From assembly GCF_009914755.1 (NCBI RefSeq), contig NC_060925.1: a stretch of DNA of 64,000 nucleotides; one strand, given 5' to 3'. This DNA comes from the human T2T-CHM13v2.0 reference genome, Homo sapiens. Shown one piece after another: positions 25,331 to 39,291 of the stretch; the stretch's first letter is position 1; every line of letters begins with the position of its first letter. Both the position numbers and the translations under genes were made by a program. Below the pieces are notes generated by a model. That model was not told where the DNA came from and made no database searches. It saw nothing but the letters and a program-made list of their open reading frames with translations.

Positions 25331-28241
25331 TTCTATCTGCTGCTTTCAGCAGGCCCTCAGAGACTAGGGAGTCTCTAAAAGGGAAAATAAAGACAAAAAG
25401 AAGACAAAGAGTATGCGGGTTTTTTTTTTTTGTTTTTTTTTTTTTAGAATGACAGGTAGTGCTCCTGAGAGACTGATGGCTCAACACAGTTCTAATGAGC
25501 CATCTGTGGCCAGGTCATGCTATCCCAGTGAGACCCAATCTCAACCAGGACATGAGGCCAGAGAAACAGGACTTCTCAGCAGGCACAAGAAGCAGGACCT
25601 CTGGGAGTCAGAATACCAGGCTTCTCCAGGATCACGGACTCTCAACTCCACCCCCATATTCATTTCAAAAGATACCCTGCCCTTCGATGGTTTTCTATAA
25701 GGCCAAGCTGATCATCCACCCGGCTTGCACTCTTTTTCATGAACTCCCTAGAGAGGGTCTTGATTGTCCTCACTCTGGCCTGTGGATGCTCTCAGACCAA
25801 GTTATTGAACATGGAACAGCTGGGCTGGGGTAAAGGCAGACTCCTCCCTGCACTGAGCTCCTCTGTGTGCCCCAGAGAGAGCTCAAGGGAAAAAGAGGCT
25901 CTGAGGCTGACCTTTGGGAGTCAAGGGCAGGCAGGAGGTGACAGGCACACGTTGTAGATGCAGACAGGACACACATTCAAAAACCGATAAACAAGTGCAG
26001 ATTAACGGAGTGATGACAAGACACAGGGAGAGTTCGGACGGGTCACACATGATCAGCAAGTCTGGACCATCAGCCTTGTCTGTGGGCATAACTTTAACTC
26101 GTCATGAATATTTCTCTGTCTTCCATGGCAGACTTGATGTTGCTGGGACCTAGCCCCAGGGCAAATTACTGCTGCACCCAAAAGTCTATTTTGGGTGTAC
26201 GTGGCCCTGTTTGGGAATAAACAGAGCCCCTGTCCTAGAAGGTATGCCTGGTGGGCAAGTGGACAAAGGGCTGGAGCACCAGGAAATCAGAAGACTTGGA
26301 TGGGAAAGTCACACTGGGGTCCACAGGGAGAGATTCTGGAGTGGAAGAAAGATTGGGGCAGAAGAAAAGAGACAGCATGTTCAACAGGTGAGAAAAGGGG
26401 CTTCTATCAGCAGACAAGATAACCAATCTGAGAAAGCCAGGGAACCTGGATTCTAGCCCCGATTATGGTGCAAATCAAGTATAGCCTTGGGCAAATCACT
26501 TATCTTCTACAGTCTTGAGTTTATAAAATGAAAAAAAAAAAAGATGACTTAGATTGGATGAACTCTAAAATCTGTATTGACTATTAAGAAAAAGTTTCAA
26601 AGTCCAAACTTAATGCTCCCTTCCTAAATGTCTAGACTTTTCTAGTCACTGACAACCACAGACACCAGGATCTCCAAGAACTTTCCCAGCTAGGCGTGGG
26701 GTGCTCTGTGCATCCCTCATTAGATATTCACCACCTCTTCTCAGTCCTCAGCCCCCCTTCATTTCCCCATATGCAGATGGCTTTGTTTTCCAAACCTGAT
26801 AGATGCTGATAGGTATATTGTTCTCAGCATCACCAGACTGCCAGAGGCTGCTTAAGTCAAATGATTTTCTTTCCGCTAATAACTTGGAGGATTTTTTTTC
26901 TTAAAAGGCAAAAAAATAGGCCATTTTTAATGCCTCTATTTTACCTTAAAGAGACAGAGTGTCATTTATCTTCCTCTTAGCCCAAAGTCAAATGAAAGAA
27001 GCATTAAACAAAGACCAGCCTGCCTTGAAGCAGTCATTTGTGACTGGAGGCTGGGGAGAACTAGCATGGGCCTTGGGGACCATCTCCAGAGACTGGTGAT
27101 TGACAGGCAGGGGGAAGCAGGGGCGGGTGGATCTGAACCACGGCCAGGAGGAGAGGCACAGCCACCCACAGAGGCAGGGGAGCAGGAGGCCCTGTGGGGC
27201 TGGATGCCTGCCAGAGCCGGGGCATGAGGCTGGCTAGCAGGCAAGAGCTGTCTGTGGGCATGTTCATAAGGGGCTAGTTCAACCAAGCACAAGAAAATGG
27301 AATGAATCCGATGTGATCAAAGCCCAATAGGTTTCATGGTATGATTTCATGACCCCAGTGTTATTCTGGCCTTTGAAGTAGGAATAAGTACTGTCAAAAA
27401 TTGCCTTTTACCCTATAATCTACATTGTTTTTAATGAACAATTAACCATTATTGGTTGATGCATGAACCAACAAGTGTTTTAAGTGCCTCCGGAGTGATA
27501 AATATCCTGGCAGTATAAACAGAAATAAAATAAATAAAATAAAATAAAATAAAATATAGTCCTTGCTCTCAAGAATCCTACAATCCAGTGCAGAGGGCAA
27601 GACAGAGGAAGAAAAATAACAAGAAGTAATGCCAGTGAGCAAATGCTGAATATTATAGAGGATGGTCTTGCAGGAATTCAGGGATATCAGTGGAGGCTGA
27701 GGAAGGAAGACTTCCTGGAGGGGGTATTATTCCCAATGCAGGCTGTAACGAGTGGTAACATCTCATGATGGGCTCCAATCTGAACCAGGGGACATAGATT
27801 AAAGGTAAGTAGGTAAGCTTCCTTAGCATTTGATAAACTTGGGAAGAGGCAAGTTGTCCTTATCAAAGAAGAGCAGTGTGGTGGTAGTGCAGGGTGCCAT
27901 GTTGGCACTGTCACAGCTTGAACCTGAAGGACTAGTGAGATTTGAGCATGCTGGGGAAGGGCTGGGGTACTTTCAGTCAGAGGAGATGGTGAATGCAGTA
28001 ATGATAATAATAACAGTTAACTTTTACTAAATGCTTACTACAGCCCAGATACATTTTAAAGGTTTGATATGTACTCTATCATTTAATTCTCAAAATACAT
28101 TTAATCCTCAAAATAAATTCTGAGTTAGTCCCCCATTGTAGCAGAAGGAAAATGGGGGCACTAGGAGTTTAAGAAACTTGCCTAAGTTACCTAACCTGCT
28201 CGCTAACCTCTGATCTCTTTAACTATTAAATGTTGGTAATA

Positions 28242-28611
<370 letters not shown>

Positions 28612-28684
28612 TTAATTTAAGAAAATGCATATGATGCATAGTGCCTGGGGCACATAGTAGGTGCTCAGTACATCTTAGCAGTTA

Positions 28685-28765
28685 TTACATTGGTGCAGAA
28701 GTAATTGTGGGTTTTGCCATAAAAAAAAAAAAAGGCAAAACCCGCAATTACTTCTGCACCAATGT
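28685..28765. mobile_element. MADE1 (Hsmar1-derived mariner MITE) palindrome with an A-rich loop
   Basis: Arms match the recalled MADE1 TIR TTAGGTTGGTGCAAAAGTAATTGCGGTTTTTGCC. Arms 28687-28718 and 28734-28765 are 31/32 complementary. Confidence 0.92.
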
Positions 28766-28820
28766 TGTGCAGTGAGATAAGCACAAAGCAGTGTCAAAAT
28801 AGAGAGCTGGGGGGAAAACA

Positions 28821-28854
28821 GGCAAAAACCACAAAGACTTTTGCACCAACGTAA
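28821..28854. mobile_element. Solitary MADE1/Hsmar1 terminal inverted repeat (right-arm orientation)
   Basis: 'ggcaaaaaccacaaagacttttgcaccaacgtaa' versus consensus 'ggcaaaaaccgcaattacttttgcaccaacctaa'. Confidence 0.88.
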
Positions 28855-29709
28855 CAGCAGCCTGAAGAGTGGCTCCAAAGGAAAGATGCACATATTGTTT
28901 GCAGACCTATGTGAAAACCACTGTTTGGGGCTCTGTTATTTGCAGAGGTAATGTTTTGGGTTGGAGGAAGTACTGTGGAATTGGAAAGGTTGGTGGGGTC
29001 ATATTGTGAAAGACCAGGGATCCCTGGACTTTGCTTTGTAAAAAGTGTGTTCTGTTCTTCCTTCAATTTCTAGCTCTCTACTTTGACATTGCTTTTAAAA
29101 ACAACTCCTAAGTACTTCCAAGTTACCGCTGCCCCCTCCTCTTCCATCTCCTCTGCCTGCTAGTTGTGCCCACAGCACTGCCCCCATCCGCAGATGACAC
29201 CTGGGGGTCACAAGGGTCTGACCTCAGCTCTGGGCAGGCTGAGCCGAGCACATGCCCTGACACTTATCTCACCGCTGGAAAGCTTGGCTTCTGAGTTCTT
29301 GGGTGGCAACTATCCCAAGGAAGCTGCTTTCTCTTTATAACAGATTCTGGAGGGCTGAGGGAGCTGATCTCATCATGTCCTTGGATGGTACTATCCATCT
29401 TGGCAGAAGGGAGGGCTGAGAGTGCTCAGGCCTTACCTGGGAGTCCCTGCAGGAGCCTGCACAAAGCTGTTTTTTTGTGTTCAGGGGACACTTTTGGGCA
29501 GCATTAGAGAAGAAAGGGGTAACTGGGATACTCTGGGGACGGCTGGCTGGCTGCAGAAGATGGGTCCTTCTAGCAGCTCCCAATGAATATGACTAATCAG
29601 TTCAACATCACAGAAAGAGCCCAGGCCTGAGAGGGAGAAGATTAACAGCGAGGTGACTGTGAGCAAGTTACTGCCCTCTAGGCTGGAGCTGCCTCACTGG
29701 CATATCTGA

Positions 29710-29940
29710 GAGGCAGTGTTGGGTAGTGATTAAGAGCAAAATCTACAACCAGTATTGCTAGATTGGACTCCTGGCTTTACCACTAACAAGAGCAGGGCTC
29801 TCAGCCTCTATAAGCCAAATGCCCTCATTTGTAAAATTTCCTTATTTCAAATCCTGTCGGTGCAAGATTAAGAGTTAATATATACAAATAAAGTACTTGG
29901 AACAGTAGATGGCACAGAAAACATTATGTGTGTTTACTAG
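29710..29940 (+). mobile_element. MIR SINE
   Basis: 'gtagtgattaagagc...ctcatttgtaaaat...aagattaagagttaatatatac...aagtacttggaacagtagatggcacag'. Confidence 0.7.
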
Positions 29941-30074
29941 TATTACGGCCACTAGTATTAATGCCTTTACTGCCATATCGAGGATGTTGGATTAGTGAGC
30001 CTTTGAAGGTCTCTTAAAAAGTCTGCAGTTCTATTTCCCTGCACTATGAGCCCCGTTTAGATTTCAGACTTAAT

Positions 30075-30270
30075 CTAGCATTTGCTGAGTGCTTACTATA
30101 TATGAATATATTATCTTATTTAATCCTTGCAACAAGCCCTGTGCATCCCATGTTATTATGTTCATTAAGAACTGAGAAAATCGGAGCTCAGAGAACCTAA
30201 GTGAAGTTCTCAGAATCACACAGCTAGCACACGGCCAAGCAGGATTCACCTGCAGTCCAGCCCAGCGTTC
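30075..30270 (-). mobile_element. MIR SINE
   Basis: 'tttaatccttgcaacaagccc...gagctcagagaacctaagtgaagttctcagaatcacacagctag'. Confidence 0.75.
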
Positions 30271-33200
30271 TTTCCAGTCTACCAGCAAGGGGACAAAGGA
30301 TCAGTTCTTTGCTACCAAGCTGTCATATCTGTCCAAGAATAAGGGCCAAGGCTTCTGTTCCCAGCAGATCTAGTTCTGGGGCTGTGCATGCTGAGCCTGT
30401 CTCAAGGGTGAGTGGAGGATTTGCCAATGAAAATGTTACCAGCTGAACTAGCATTGGCCAGCCATATTGGGGCCAAGAAGGAGGAGAACTAAAATTAATC
30501 CTCTTATTACCAGTCTGACCTGCAGAAGGATGAGCAGCACCAAGCCAGGAAGAAGAACTCCAGCAACATCTGCTGCTGCTTGCTCGACTTTCATTTCCTC
30601 TGCCCCTCCTGGGAATGCCATGCGGGTACCAGGATGCTGAGATGTGGTGCATGTGCGCACCCCCACTCACACAGAAGCACATATGCTGGAGACAGAATTA
30701 GGAGCCCGCTGAGATAGCGCTTTGAAAAGAAGAGAAGTTGGTGGAATATGTGGGTTTTCTCCCTTGTGCCAAGTCCCCTCTGAGAAGGGTATTTGGATCA
30801 GAGGTAGAATCTCTGAGTCATGACGTGACTGGTTTTTGCAAATGTGTCTAGGCCACTTGCCTGGTCATGGAGGGGTCCTGCCCACTGGCAGACCTCAGCT
30901 CCTGTCGGTGAGGGGCTTTGAGTATGGAAAAGAGAGGAGTGGGGACTTGCTATGGCCTGGCAGCCAATGGTTGTGTGTGGGGTTGGAGGCTGGAGAGAGA
31001 AGGGCTAACTCTTTGGAAAGCCTGCCTGCTTGTTCTATTCTTGCAGAGGCGCCTGGGGGAGGGAAGGAGGAACACAGAAGGCAGAGTCATAAGGAGACGC
31101 CGCGGGTGGGGGTGGGAGGAGGTAAGGGCTGTGGAGGGAGGGAAGAAGGCATTGTCAAACTCTCTGGATGGTCATCAGCCAGATGTGGAGACCATATGGA
31201 GGAGGCAGGCTGGAGGTGTGCAGGGAGGGGAAGAAGACAAACTGAGGGGAGGAGACTGGGAAGGGCAGAAGAGGCAGGTGAAGGCTGCTGACCTAAGCCA
31301 TCAGAGTGGGAAGCCGGAGGAGCTCCCATGCCCCCAATAGGCTGGTCCATGCACCAGGGCCACAGGGGTCACCAGGCACTTCTGCTCAAGGCTCAGCCCA
31401 GTTTCTCTGCTTTCAGTTCTGAAACTCAAACCCCACAATGCACTCCCTGCTCCACACTAGCCCTTAGGCCTTCTCTCCTCCTCATGTGTTCCCCCCACCT
31501 GTATATCCTCAAGTTCACGACTGCAAAGTGACAACAGTGGTGGATACAAGAGAAATTCCCAGAGGAAATGAGCTGGTGTTTCCTGGTCTCCCTCAATGCC
31601 TCTGGAATGCAAGGGAAATCGGATTTGGCCCCTGCTGATCTGATACCTCCCTGGTGCTGGGAACTCTGTCCAGCCCTGGCCATTTGCTGCCTCTGGGGGA
31701 GCTGGGACAGGTGGGAGCCAGCTGTTGTTAGGACTTTGCACACTAGTGGCTCGTGGGAGCTCCTGTACCCCTTAGAAAACAGAACTCAACAGCAGTGAGC
31801 AGACTGGCTGATCCTGCAGGAATCTTTGGGGGAGAAGGTATATGATGAGTGAACCGGAACACCTGGAGACCCTGTACCTGAAGAGCACTCAGGAGCTCCA
31901 CTAAGGGAGGATGAGAAAGAAGGCTAAAGGGTGGAGGGGGAGAGGGCAGGGATGTGATAAGAACAAAGCGTGAGTCTTCCTACATTCCAACTGGGTCCAC
32001 TCATCCCAGCTGAGCACCAGACAGTGAACTGTGGACTCCAGTATGGAATACAGCCAGTCACTGGGCAAGAGTCCTTCCTTTCCAGGGGAGGTCTCTTCTT
32101 GTTCCCCCACTGTATCCCTCCAGGGCTGGCACATCCTCTGAACATGGACACAAAGGCTCCAGCATTAAAGTAAGAAGAGATAGAGGCTACCTGGCCTGGA
32201 GGAAGAGGAAGAATGTAAAATGGCCTCCAAAGGATTCTCTTAGGGTAAAGGAGACCAAACTTTGCCTGTGTCCTGTGACAGTCTAGGCAGTCTGATTGGA
32301 ACTATGTTCTTCTTCTTGGACCAGTCCTTTGTTGAGAAGTCTGAGCTGGAGTCCTGGGGCCAGCTGTCTCCACAACAGGAATCACTGCTCCCCAGGGGAA
32401 TGGGCTGGAAATCTGGAAAGGTCATCCATAGCCCCAGGGAGCAACAACCTGAGGCCCTGGTTGGCAGAGGTCAGGCTGGAGAATGGCAGTCTTCCTAAGA
32501 GAGTGCCTCAGAAAACCTGATAGCCAGAGAAAGAAGACAGTCTGGTTCAAACCATAGTTAAAAGATGCCTAGGGACTCACTAGGATGGTTATAGGGTTGG
32601 ACACGGGCCGGCTTCCCATTGTGTGGTATCTTGGGGTTTTGTCTGAAGTGAATTGATGGATGGCTCAATTCTGTTTCTGTTGGAACCAACCAGCCTTACG
32701 TACCCTCCTTCTCTCTCATAGTTGTCTGGTGCTTTACAGTTTATAATAGGCTTTCAAAGTCAGGTTTGAGTTAAGGTCACAATAACTGTGAAATAAACAA
32801 GTAAGGAATTGTTGCCACTTCACAGATGAAAAAATAAAGGTCCCAGGATGGTGCTTCTAGCACTGGTTCCCATCAGCCTTTCCAGTGAGATGACAAGAGC
32901 TGGGTTAGACAGGTAAGCCCTGCAGAGGGGTCCCAGTGGCCTGCAACTAACTCTAGACTCATTCATTTCATTTCCACGGGCATGGGTAAGAAGAGGCTGT
33001 CACCCCTTCTTTACTCCTCAAATTATGCCTGTATCCACATCTGCCCTTACCTACCAGAGCAAGGAGCCATGGCCAACTTAAGCATGGGTTTCCAGGCTAC
33101 AAACAACATTGCTACAGATTTTTTCTTGGGGTCATGAAGAATAAGATGCAAAATTAATGAATTACAGGGTCAGAGTTAGGTAGGTACAGGTTGGAAAAGC

Positions 33201-33399
33201 CTGGAGAAGAATGGAAAATATCAACAAGAAAAAGTCCCACAGTGAGAAACAGACAGTAAGGGGATGCTGTCCAGGTAGATAGAAAGTGCCAGGGAAAGAG
33301 GGTGATTTTACCCAGGGACATATAAGTGACTGAGGATGCAAGGGAAGGCCAGCTCCTACTGTGTCTGTTCATGTAGCCCATGCTGAACTAAAAGCTAAA

Positions 33400-33990
33400 A
33401 CCTGGCATTATCTTTCAAAATGACACATCTGATTACGTCCCTCACTTGCTCCAAAGACCTTAAAGGGTTTCCCCTTGATAACCAAAGTCCAAACTCTTGA
33501 GCACTGACAGTGTAGCCCTAGCCTGCCTGTCAGCTGCTTTCCCTTTTTGCCCTACTCCCTTCCTCCTTGAGTCCTGGGATCCTCTAGCACTGAACCACTC
33601 ATAGTCCCCTGAACCTGCTGTGCCCAGTTCACCACGGTGCCGGTGCCTTTGCACAGACTGCTTTGGCTGCTGCTAGGGAATGGCCTTTTGCCTCTTTCAC
33701 AGCTCAAAACTTGCATTACAAACCAAGCTCCATGCACACTTTTCTTTGATGGCTTTGCCGACTCTCCCAGACCTATTCATTCTGCCTGCTTTAGGGCCTC
33801 AGCACTGGATACATATTTCTGTCTTGGTACTATTCTATGATGTTCCAATTGTTCATACAAGGAAAGGCTGTAACTGTTAAACACTGTTAATTGTTAAAGG
33901 AAAGGCTGTGACTTATTCACCTTTTTGTATTTTTCCTACCTGATGCATTCAGAGTCCAGCATAGTGCCTATCTCAAAACAGATACTCACC
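33400..33990 (+). mobile_element. L2 LINE 3' fragment
   Basis: 'aaagtccaaactcttgagc', 'gtgcctttgcacagactgc' and terminal 'ccagcatagtgcct'. Confidence 0.6.
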
Positions 33991-34004
33991 AAGCAGAGGA
34001 CTGA

Positions 34005-34235
34005 TTAGCAAAACAAATTCTGGAACTAGACTGCCTGGTTTGAATCCCTACTCCACCTCTGATCAGCTGTGTAACCTTCAAATCTCTGTGTCTCTGTTGC
34101 TTCATTTGTAAATCGGGATAATAATTACAGATACCTCAGGATTATTTATGAGGATTAAAAGAGTTAATACATGCAAAGCTCTAGGACAGTGGCACTTAGC
34201 ACTAAATGAGTGTTTACTATAATGATTATTATCTT
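34005..34235 (+). mobile_element. MIR SINE
   Basis: 'tctggaactagactgcctggtttgaatccc...ctgtgtaacctt...catttgtaaatcgggataataat...gaggattaaaagagttaatacatgcaaagc'. Confidence 0.85.
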
Positions 34236-34410
34236 TTGAATAAATGAATAAACAACATGGAATTAGCAAGCTGGTCACATTTTTCCTTAGTGACCTCAAA
34301 GGATCGCAGAAAGAGTATAATCTGGTCTAGAGGTGGGAATACAGTTCTGATGAGTGAAACATAAAACAACAGCCAGCAAAAGTCTAACCAATGGGCTGTA
34401 GAACTAGATA

Positions 34411-34601
34411 AGTGGTTCTCAACCATGGTCCCCAGAGCAGCAGCATCTGCCCCACCTAAGAACTTGTTAGCAATGCAAATTCTTGGGGCCTGCCCCAGCC
34501 CAGTGCTAATGAATCAGAAACTCTGGGGGTGGGACCCAGCAATTTGCGTTTTAACAAGCAGTCAGGTGATTCTGATGCACTCTCAAGTCTGAGAATCACT
34601 G
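34411..34601. mobile_element. MER5A DNA transposon
   Basis: Termini 'agtggttctcaa' and 'tgagaatcactg'; internal 'gaatcagaaactctgggggtgggacccagcaat...ttttaacaag'. Confidence 0.9.
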
Positions 34602-35424
34602 GGCTAGACTTTGCCCGTCTCTGGTTATCTGTGTACAGTGTGCACCTGGAGATTTCAAACCTCTTACTGCAAAACAGGGGCCTTACCCTGAGGACTTGAA
34701 CAAACATTAGGCAGAAAACACTCCTGGTAATAGAAGATGATGTGCAATGCATTTAGCACAGCCTCTGCCATTCTATAGGAGCATAATAAGTGTCCATTCC
34801 TACCTTCTTTCCTTTGTCCTACCGAGAGGAGAAAAAAAAAGAGCAAAGGTCACGCTCCCATGGCACTGTTTTTGTGGAATTCCTGAGCTCTTTGGAGTAG
34901 AGGGGAGGAGAAAGCTATGGCAAAGAGTTATGAGAAGCCTTGCTTTGAAAATTAATGTACACAATGTGCAGCCAGGTGCCTGTTCCCTACAGGGCATGGG
35001 GACAGTGTGCACAGGGACATTGTCACTTTCTGCTGAGCCTGAAGCTCAGCTAGAGGAACAGGTGGGGAAGAATGAGGGTGGGCCTAACTGAGGGAGGAGA
35101 GCTTGGCTGCAGCCCAGTGTTCCTGAAAAAGGTTTACACAGTGAGTCAGGCTGGCCCCAGCACCCCCTTGAGGAAGGCCTAAAATACCAAATGAAAGAAT
35201 AAATCTTCAGGGGTAGGGGCGGGGGTGTTGCCTGCCTCTGCCTTCTCTCCAAGGGGTTCCTATGTGTGCGAGCTAGCAGCACTCCCCCATCTCACACTGC
35301 ACCTGGGCCCTTGGCCTCCTTGTTGGGAACCCAATTTGGAAGGTATCGAATGAGGGACAATGTAAACACCTGTATCCAGGAGGATGCGAGGAGAAGAAGA
35401 GTTCCAATAACTCACCCTTAGGGG

Positions 35425-35625
35425 AGTGGTTTGCAAAATGTGGTACTCAGATCAATAGCATCAACATCAACTGGAAACTTACAAAATCAGCATTTGGAAA
35501 ATACAAATTCTCAGGCTCCATCTCAGATCCATTAAATCAGAAATGCTGGGCGTGGGACCCAGTGATCTGTATTTTAATAAGCTCTGCAGGTGATTCGGAT
35601 GCAAGCTTAAGTTTGAGAACAACTA
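35425..35625. mobile_element. MER5A DNA transposon
   Basis: 'aaattctcaggctcca...aatcagaaa...ctgtattttaataagctctgcaggtgattcggatgca...aagtttgagaacaact'. Confidence 0.85.
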
Positions 35626-38600
35626 GTTTAGGGTGTGGGTTGAAGTCTTTTTCTTGGTTTAAAGAGGAGGGACATGTGCTACCACACAAAGGGGCCTTCC
35701 CCCTTGCCCTAGCATGTAAGCCCTGACACACAGCATCCCCACAAGCATGACAGCACGCTGGGCCTGGGCTACGGAGAGTCTCTGGTGATGAGGACAGGGG
35801 CAGAGGCCCTGTGGGTGGTTATGGGGAGGAGAGAGGCGGGGAGGCTGCCACAACTCATTTTCTCTTAACATGAAAGCCCAGAGGAAGCCTAAGCATCCTC
35901 GCCATTGAAGCTGGTAAATTACAGGATGATGATGGTGATATTACCAATAATGATGATAATAGCACCAATAACGTGAGGTCAGACAGGCACTTTCCCGTCC
36001 TCGGTCAAGGGGTAAGGTTGCAGCTTTGGTGCATTTGCTTCTGATTTAGAGGAAAACCTGGCTCACAGCCAGCTCCATTTCCCTGCTAGGAGGTGCAGCC
36101 GGGGCTTTTGGCTCTTTGTCCTCCCTCCCTTCTGCCGGACCTGTCCTGTGGTCAGGAACCTCCTCCCTCCTGGCATAATGGTCTGCCAAGAGGCAGGCAG
36201 CACTCACTCCCCTTCTCCCCCACCAGACCAACCCTTGGTTCACAGACTACACGTCAGCCCTAGAGGTCAAGATCAGAGGGAGAGGCTCAACCTAGATGCT
36301 ATCCACAGGGTGGGGCAGATGAGGGCCCTGGAGGCTCTATTAGCCTCTCTCAGATAAGCCACAAAGAGAAACTGGAAGGCAAAAACTGTGTGAGTGTTAG
36401 GGTAGGAGGCTTCAGCAAATCCATAAATACCTTGAGCTGAAGCCTCCCCTTGGAGATTCTGTACTCTCTCCTGCTGCCCAGGGAAGCCAGAGCAGGGATT
36501 CAGAATCTCAAGGAGAGAAAAGGTCATCTGGTAGCATCTTCCTTCTACAGTATCCCCTGCCACCCCCCAACCCCTGCCTAAGGCATCTTTCTTACTCTTC
36601 TTTGAGATTTCCCAGGATGAAATACTTCCCCAAATGCTACAGCATTTTCTAGGAGGATCAAAGGGAACAAGCAAATACCCAAGCCCTGGGTCTCTCCCCT
36701 CTGGCTGCCTCCTGCCCCGCCCCCACCCTGGGGCTTCAAACACGAGGAAATTAGCACAAGGCCCCCTGTCATCACATGCAGTGACTTGTGAACATGTGCT
36801 TGGGTTGTTCCTCCTCCACAACAGGCGGTTTAGAGCAGCTCACTGGGGGCTTGTATTTTTTTTTTTTTTTTAAATAACTGTGTGTATGTTAAAGTCATTA
36901 AGGCTGGGAAAGGGGGTGGAGTGGTAGGAGAGTAAAGGCCATTATATGGGAGGAGAAGAAAAATGGCCTGTCTTCAGGCTGTCAGCAGAAGAAACGCCTC
37001 TGCATTCAAGCGGTGGGAGAGGGGCTCCGGTAGGAGGCCTGAGTGGGCACCTCTGCCGGGATGGCTGGGAGCAGGGGCAGAAGGCAGAGAAAACAGGTTC
37101 ATCACATAGCCTGAGCTTTGGCTGTGGCAGTGGCAGTGGCTATGGCTGCCTGGGTATGGACTGTCACTATTCATTAAAGAGCCACCAAGAGAGAAGAAAT
37201 CTGGGAAACAAAAACCCAAGAGCTCATGCTTAACTTTCATGTATCAGGCACCGCGTTACACCCTCTGCATCTGCTTTATGTTGAATCCAAACAACATTGG
37301 CATCCATCCTAGAAAGGCACTATTATTTACTCCGTTTGGCAGACGAGGAAACTGAGAGTCACAGTGGTTAACTTTACACAGCTAGCAAGGGGTGGAAGAA
37401 GTGTGGAGACACGGGTGAGTCTTCAGAGATTTTGTCTGAAGTTGTTGCCCCTCATGAGTATTCGCTGTCATTGCCCCACACCCTAAAGCAATCGAGGGGA
37501 ACTGGGATGGAAGATATCCCAGGAGGGGTAAAAAGGACTGTGATGAGGGAAATGGGGGTAGGAGGGAAAGGGAGTAACCGCTATTGGCCCTGGCCATGTC
37601 AAGCTTCTGGGGTCTCCCCCTGCCCAAGTTTGAGAGGGGATGGCGGAGGCTGACTTCTCTGCGACCCCAAACTCCAGCCTTCCAAGCCTTCCAAAGTTCA
37701 CTCAGTGAGAAACCTCTAGTGTCCAGGCTCTGAGCCTGTGACCTCTTCCTTCCTTTCAGATTTTAATTTGCTGGACTGGGAGACAAATGCATGTGGGAGG
37801 TTCTCTGGAGTGATAGGAACACACTGAGGGCTATAAGAAGCATCAGAGAGGCTTCATGCTGGCTGGGGCCCTGAGGACAATCCCATCTACCACTTCCCGA
37901 CCCAGGTAGGCAGACCGAGCCTTTTCCTTCTGAGCAAGCCCCTTTCCAGGCACTGCTGTCACCTCCTAAGGCTGAGGAGGGTGGTGGCAGGAGGGTGCAG
38001 GGAAGGCCCTGTCTGTTCTCTGGTCTTTCCTTCAGGGGGCCAGACCCTGAGGGGTGCAGCCTAGTTCCCCAGAGCACATGCTCCAAATCACAGCTCCAGT
38101 GACAGCTTTTGCTTTCCCAGTGAGGGGGCTAGCTCAGGAGATGAAAGTCTGATCCCACTGGCAGCTCCACAGGCTTCCTTTGCCAAAACACACTGTGAAA
38201 AGACCCCTGACCTCCACCTCATACTTTCTCTGCTCCACCTCCCGTCAGCCCTGTTTGCTTCCCTCCTCCCTAGAGAGGGTTAGACAGCCCAGTAATTTAG
38301 GGATCACTAGCAAGAAAGGTGCAGAGGTCAGAAGTCAGAGAGGGGCTGGGAGGGGAATCTCACCCCTGCTCTCTGGCAAAACCTCCCACCTCTTTCCGCC
38401 ATCTGTAGACCAGGCCGTTGTGGGCCCGAGTTCACTGTGAAGGTAGGGATGAGGTCCAGGGATGGGAAGTGGCGGAATACAGAGCGATAGGAGGAGAAGC
38501 TGTAATTTTAAATTATGTCCAGAAAAATAGCTTTTGGGAGGCAAATGTTCTCCTCCAACTTTCTTATTTTGAAATTTTGCTAGGAAAGAAAATGTTACAC

Positions 38601-38737
38601 TCCCCTGAGACCGTGTCCCATTTAGGAAGTTCTTTCTATTATCTCATTTCAACTCCTCCCTGCTCTAGCTGCTATACAAACAAAGGCAAATTGACTTAGT
38701 GTCTCTCCTGTCTCTTTCACCGTGGCCTGTTCAGTCT

Positions 38738-38762
38738 AGCTCAGCTCAGCTCAGCTCAGCTC
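38738..38762. repeat. (AGCTC)5 pentanucleotide repeat
   Basis: Directly visible. Confidence 0.9.
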
Positions 38763-38847
38763 CAGAGCTTAGAACTCAAGACAAAAGGAATCAAACCAGT
38801 AGAAGGAGATGAGCAATGGGTTCATCTCTCTTCCTTAAGAAATCAAA

Positions 38848-39291
<444 letters not shown>

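Noticed and set aside
38738-38762. (GAGCT)n pentamers like immunoglobulin switch regions
   Set aside because: Only five units, with no kilobase-scale array or Ig context.
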